Notes under the pieces: generated by a model
What the model was told of the DNA's origin: nothing
Seen by the model: only the letters and a program-made list of their open reading frames with translations
Database searches by the model: none
Made by a program: the position numbers and the translations under genes
Shown here: piece after piece, positions 1 to 2,584 of the stretch
Layout: the number at the start of each line of letters is the position of its first letter
Position numbering within the stretch: position 1 is the stretch's first letter
From: Dictyostelium discoideum
Taxonomy: Eukaryota
Length of the DNA: 2,584 bases
Assembly: GCA_000004695.1 (NCBI GenBank)
Contig: CH709154.1
Location: 1-2,584, forward strand
Direction of reading: 5' to 3'

Positions 1-12
1 AGATAATTTTTT

Positions 13-32
13 AGAATGTTCTAGAACATTCG
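13..32 (+). promoter_or_regulatory. Heat-shock element (HSE)-like array: four contiguous alternating pentamers aGAAt-gTTCt-aGAAc-aTTCg; positions 14-31 (gaatgttctagaacattc) form a perfect 18-bp palindrome
   Basis: Read directly. GAA sits at 14-16, TTC at 19-21, GAA at 24-26 and TTC at 29-31, each separated by exactly 2 nt. That is the canonical HSF-trimer site nGAAnnTTCnnGAAnnTTCn. It lies about 110-130 bp upstream of the first ATG (144) of the + strand ORF. Further palindromic TTCGAA cores occur at 29-34, 47-52 and 67-72. Confidence 0.5.
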
Positions 33-143
33 AAGAATAAAAAATTTTCGAAAGAAAAGTAAAAATTTCGAACCGGCACAATGATGCGATCATTGAGCAA
101 GGTCGAAAAACATAAAAATTAAATAGAAACCTTTGATTTAAGA

Positions 144-596
144 ATGAAATCAATGGAAGATCAAATCAACAACCTTTCCTTAGCCTTTACAAGATTCATG
201 AAAGAACCAATGTTCTATTCTAATAAAAATTCACGTAGCCAACCTTCTCATGATAACTCTGACACTGAGAATGAACAAAGTGAAGATGAATCAAGTAACA
301 ATTTCGATGTTTCAACCGATTATCAATTATCCGATACCTTACTTGGTCAGTACAAACATATGGTAAACAATCAAGGTTTACTCGTAGAAGAAGAATGTAT
401 CCTCAAGAAAGATGAGATATCCGAATTGAATAAAGTATTCAACTTTCCATCTAACTTCCAAGTGAATGTCGCTCCATTTATTACACCTGAAGGTAATTCT
501 GTATCATCCAACTTCAAAAACAATGATACTGACTTGTTGATTGTCGAAAAGAGAATCAACGATAGCTTGAAACCTTTGATTCTCTTTTTTTTATAA
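144..596 (+). CDS. Hypothetical small acidic Ser/Asn/Asp/Glu-rich protein (150 aa), no recognisable domain; possibly heat-shock regulated
   Basis: It is the only long uninterrupted ORF in the window with an ATG start. There is an A at -3 (aagaATGa) and a second in-frame ATG at 154. Codon usage is less AT-extreme than the flanks, with many GAA/GAT/AAC/TTC/GTC codons. A low-complexity acidic tract (SDTENEQSEDESSNN) looks like a CK2-type phosphoacceptor cluster. TAA stop at 594-596 is followed by a T-rich stretch and AATAAA hexamers. The C-terminal 'PLILFFL' is encoded by the T-run just before the stop, so the true C-terminus or an unrecognised intron is uncertain. Confidence 0.45.
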   Translation: MKSMEDQINNLSLAFTRFMKEPMFYSNKNSRSQPSHDNSDTENEQSEDESSNNFDVSTDYQLSDTLLGQYKHMVNNQGLLVEEECILKKDEISELNKVFNFPSNFQVNVAPFITPEGNSVSSNFKNNDTDLLIVEKRINDSLKPLILFFL

Positions 597-622
597 ATTT
601 TTTGATATTTATTAACAATTAG

Positions 623-657
623 AATAAAAAATATATATAAAAAATAAATAAAATAAA
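623..657 (+). terminator. Cluster of AATAAA hexamers (putative polyadenylation signals) 27-60 nt downstream of the ORF stop codon
   Basis: AATAAA occurs at 623-628, 643-648, 647-652 and 652-657. The background is so A-rich that chance occurrence is likely, hence the low confidence. Confidence 0.3.
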
Positions 658-754
658 AGAATGATTTACATACTAAATTTTAATTCTACGATAAGTCTTA
701 ACAAATATTGTTTAATATTATATAAAATTTTTGTTTTAAATAATGCGTTTTATT

Positions 755-775
755 AAAAAAAAAAAAAAAAAAAAA
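755..775. repeat. Homopolymer A(21)
   Basis: Counted directly: an uninterrupted A run from 755 to 775. Confidence 0.95.
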
Positions 776-799
776 CATATGAAAAGTGAAAATTTTTTC

Positions 800-815
800 A
801 AAAAAAAAAAAAAAA
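800..815. repeat. Homopolymer A(16)
   Basis: Counted directly: A run 800-815, followed by T(7) at 817-823. Confidence 0.95.
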
Positions 816-949
816 CTTTTTTTCGAAACAACTCGGCTTATTCCCAAATAACTCCATCTTTTTCAAAATAACTTTATTTATTCAGAATTAATTCAATTAT
901 TCACTGATAGGTCCATTGTAGTATTTCATTTTAATTTTAAATCTTATAA

Positions 950-964
950 TTTTTTTTTTTTTTT
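950..964. repeat. Homopolymer T(15), immediately 3' (minus-strand sense) of the integrase remnant; a second T(8) lies at 970-977
   Basis: Counted directly. Confidence 0.95.
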
Positions 965-977
965 CATTATTTTTTTT

Positions 978-1838
978 CACTTGAAAAGGTGTAAACATAG
1001 AAGTAGAAGATATTGTATTATTGATTGAAAATTGAACCACTTTTAAGTACAATGTCCAGGAACTATTATGAATATTATTAATATGTCATATCAAGCTCTG
1101 GATTTGCAGAGGTTTGGCTTGTAATAAAGTTTTACGTAAAGCGTTTGCTAAGACTCTAACTTATATCTCTGCTTGACCGTCGCCTGATGATGATAGGGTA
1201 AGCATGTGTGATGTTTGACATTATTATTAATTAAGAACTTGGACCATGAGTTACTTGAGAATAACGGATCATTATCTGAAATAATTACGGATGGAAATCT
1301 AAATGTAAACATAACTTGATCTTGTAACAATGGAAAAATATCTTTTGAATTAGTAGATGATGGAATTGGTATGAGTACGACATATTTGGATAATCGGTCA
1401 ACTACAATTAATATTCTATTAAAGTTCAATTTGATTAATTGTACATTTGTTCAAACTTGAAAGGAAATCCATGCTAATTTCACTAAAACATCTTGATGGT
1501 GAAAGAGGTGATAGTAATCCAATTTGATGTTTCCTTGAATCGGAGGCACAAATACATATTTTATTATTACTACAATAATCTTTGATATCATCAATCACTC
1601 CTTTTCAAAAGAATTTTCTTTTAATTTAATCAATGGTTTTGAAACTACTTCAATGACCTGCTAGTGCTAAATCATGATGTATGGAAATTACTTGATTTAT
1701 TACAAAAGTCTCTAATGGTATTATTACAATAATATTTTCATTTTCTTTTAAGCATTGATCTAATGGATAAGTGTTTAATTGTTGATATTGGTTAGTAACT
1801 TTTTGAAGTTTGATAAATTTCCGCAAGAAAAAATTCAA
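978..1838 (-). pseudogene. Ty3/gypsy-type (Metaviridae-like) LTR-retrotransposon integrase remnant, 5'-truncated pol fragment. The N-terminal HHCC zinc-finger region, DDE catalytic core (rve) and C-terminal region are all recognisable; it is disrupted by 4 in-frame stops and 2 frameshifts
   Basis: Minus-strand conceptual translation, stitched by hand (fs marks a frameshift, / a block boundary): LNFFLRKFIKLQKVTNQYQQLNTYPLDQCLKENENIIVIIPLETFVINQVISIHHDLALAGH*SSFKTID*IKRKFF*KGVIDDIKDYCSNNKICICASDSRKHQIGLLSPLSPSRCFSEISMDFLSSLNKCTINQIE[fs]LNFNRILIVVDRLSKYVVLIPIPSSTNSKDIFPLLQDQVMFTFRFPSVIISDNDPLFSSNSWSKFLINNNVKHHTCLPYHHQATVKQRYKLES*QTLYVKLYYKPNLCKSRA*[fs]NNIHNSSWTLYLKVVQFSINNTISSTSMFTPFQV. This matches the conserved integrase series in order: HHD..AGH-x-G..KT, F(Y/F)W.GM..D(I/V)..Y, C..C, GLL.PLP.P..P...ISMDF, ILVVVDRFSK, (H)G.P..I(I/V)SD(R/N)D..F.S, YHPQ(T)..Q.ER.N.TL...LR.Y, NW...LP..EF.YN.....STG.SPFE. 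The C-terminal part parallels Ty3 IN (NIQNW..YLPQIEFVYNST....SPFEI versus NIHNSSWTLYLKVVQFSINNT....TPFQV). Stops sit at 1650-1652 (TGA), 1626-1628 (TAA), 1605-1607 (TGA, exactly at the conserved Trp of F-Y-W-P-G-M), 1148-1150 (TAG) and about 1090 (TGA). Frameshifts are near 1430-1440 and about 1085. ORFs 1650..1838 and 1148..1429 from the supplied track are two pieces of this. Confidence 0.8.
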
Positions 1839-1844
1839 AAAATG

Positions 1845-1862
1845 AAAAAAAAAAAAAAAAAA
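1845..1862. repeat. Homopolymer A(18), immediately 5' (minus-strand sense) of the integrase remnant; followed by T(8) at 1866-1873 and T(7) at 1884-1890
   Basis: Counted directly. Confidence 0.95.
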
Positions 1863-2188
1863 TTGTTTTTTTTGTTAAAAATGTTTTTTTCATATTAATT
1901 TAATATGAAGTTTTTAACTTGGAAAAATTAAATTTATTGAATATCAAAAAGAGCACCAAAATCAACAAGTTTTGTTTCATTTGATAAATCACTTTTGATT
2001 GTTTGGTATTTATTGACTAAATAGCCAATGACACACCACACATCGTGATGTCTTTCCAAAACTTTATCCATATCTATTGTATAGCTTTTAAATTTATATC
2101 TAAGTGGTAGACTTGCTATTTAAAATTGTTTAATTCTTGTAAATACGTTTTCTATTATTATTCTAATAGATTTTTGATTGTTATCTTT

Positions 2189-2584
2189 TTATTTTTGGTA
2201 ATCAGTTCTTTGACCTGATGGGATCGTAAATATATTTTTGAAATGTTTTGTTAAACCCCTGAATCTTTTGTCACCAAACGGAATCAACATTTTCATCTAG
2301 TGATTTAATAAATTCTAAATCTCTTTGAAATAAATTAATATCGTTTTTACAACCACCACTTGGGTACCCTATGTGTAATATTTTCCCACTATCGGGACAA
2401 CAATAAACTAGTAGAGTTAAAGTTGATTTACATTTTTTACCACTGTATAACATATTTCTTAATTTTTCATTGGTGGGAATAGTTATTTGTTGTTCCGATC
2501 CATCGACCACCATTGTTACTGTATATTGTTTAACACCATCATAATAGTCACAACTATTTGATTTATCTTTTGTATCATTAAATA
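2189..2584 (-). pseudogene. Harbinger/PIF-type DDE transposase remnant (DDE_Tnp_4 / HARBI1-like nuclease domain). It is internally deleted and frameshifted and continues beyond the 3' end of the window
   Basis: Minus-strand translation from 2582 downward: FNDTKDKSNSCDYYDGVKQYTVTMVVDGSEQQITIPTNEKLRNMLYSGKKCKSTLTLLVYCCPDSGKILHIGYPSGGCKNDINLFQRDLEFIKSLDENVDSVW*, then in the +1 frame KRFRGLTKHFKNIFTIPSGQRTDYQK*. Three collinear blocks match the DDE_Tnp_4 consensus. First, aIDGThIpI.aP versus VVDGSEQQITIP, carrying the first catalytic D. Second, Y.nRKgfhSinvqvVcDhkGrFlnVvarwPGSvHDsrvF versus YSGKKCKSTLTLLVYCCPDSGKILHIGYPSGGCKNDINLF, carrying the second D, with identical spacing apart from one residue. 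Third, fN.rhs.aR..vEnafGrLKgRFRiL versus FQRDLEFIKSLDENVDSVW[*]KRFRGL, carrying the catalytic E. Removing a single nucleotide at the TGA (2271-2273) gives ENVDSVWDKRFRGL, which lines up residue-for-residue with ENAFGRLKGRFRIL. The roughly 40-aa segment that normally lies between the HD and fN.rhs blocks (containing LLGDsGYP) is absent, so I infer an internal deletion. Confidence 0.55.

Noticed and set aside
371-559. 62-aa minus-strand ORF from the six-frame track, antisense to the 144-596 ORF
   Set aside because: It lies wholly within and opposite the better-supported + strand ORF. It has no start context and no recognisable motifs. It is most likely a chance antisense open frame.
597-977. 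Search for LTRs, TIRs or target-site duplications flanking the transposon relics
   Set aside because: I found no convincing direct or inverted repeat pair by eye in the AT-rich flanks. Low-complexity sequence makes short matches meaningless without a computed self-alignment.
1605-1607. TGA at the invariant Trp position of the integrase, suggesting a TGA=Trp genetic code (mitochondrial or Mollicutes-like)
   Set aside because: TAA and TAG stops and two frameshifts disrupt the same reading frame, and the intact + strand ORF uses the standard code with a TAA stop. A TGG-to-TGA transition in a decaying pseudogene is the simpler explanation.
2040-2060. Imperfect palindrome acatc-gt-gatgt within a locally GC-richer patch (cacaccacacatcgtgatgtc)
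   Set aside because: It has only 5-bp arms and is not repeated elsewhere in the window. It is too short to call as a transposon terminal inverted repeat or a binding site.
1934-2071. 45-codon minus-strand ORF MDKVLERHHDVWCVIGYLVNKYQTIKSDLSNETKLVDFGALFDIQ containing protein-kinase-like micro-motifs (DVWxxG and DFG)
   Set aside because: The motifs are in the wrong order for a kinase, where DFG (subdomain VII) must precede DxWS (subdomain IX). They are only about 9 residues each. The ORF is short and unsupported by other kinase subdomains, so this is probably coincidence.
2271-2513. Alternative reading of the minus-strand ORF as a gypsy reverse-transcriptase fragment (GGCKNDINLFQRDLE resembles the RT block FGLKNAPATFQRLMN)
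   Set aside because: Only this one short block fits RT. The expected KTAF..G.YEF spacing upstream does not fit, since this sequence has 7 extra residues. There is no YxDD or RNase H between it and the integrase, and only about 210 codons of space exist where about 350 are needed. The same segment fits three collinear DDE_Tnp_4 (Harbinger) blocks with correct spacing, so the Harbinger call is preferred, with residual uncertainty.
1-2584. Prokaryotic-style features (CRISPR arrays, operons, rho-independent terminators, rRNA/tRNA genes)
   Set aside because: I saw no direct-repeat/spacer periodicity, no tRNA-like cloverleaf candidates and no rRNA-like conserved blocks. The composition, homopolymers and transposon families all indicate a eukaryotic nuclear locus.

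Overview
The window is very AT-rich (about 25-30 % G+C by eye) and looks eukaryotic, with long poly(A)/poly(T) runs in the non-coding stretches and no prokaryotic hallmarks. It contains three things.

1. **A probable gene, 144-596 on the + strand.** It encodes a 150-aa acidic Ser/Asn/Asp/Glu-rich protein with no recognisable domain. Its 5' flank carries a textbook heat-shock element (13-32): four contiguous alternating nGAAn/nTTCn units whose core (14-31) is a perfect 18-bp palindrome, with further TTCGAA copies and a short uORF nearby. AATAAA hexamers follow the stop codon.

2. **A decayed Ty3/gypsy-type integrase on the minus strand, about 978-1838.** The six-frame ORFs 1650-1838 and 1148-1429 are two pieces of it. 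Stitched across three in-frame stops and two frameshifts, it reproduces the integrase motif series from the HH..CC zinc finger through the DDE catalytic core and C-terminal region. Neither RT/RNase H nor LTRs are present in the window.

3. **A Harbinger/PIF-type DDE_Tnp_4 transposase remnant on the minus strand, about 2189-2584 and running off the 3' edge.** ORF 2271-2513 is its core. It appears internally deleted and carries a single-nucleotide frameshift.

The two transposon relics lie in the same orientation and are separated by A/T homopolymers. Overall this is a possibly stress-inducible orphan gene next to a transposon graveyard. I see no CRISPR, rRNA or tRNA. All calls rest on motif recognition by eye; no searches were run.
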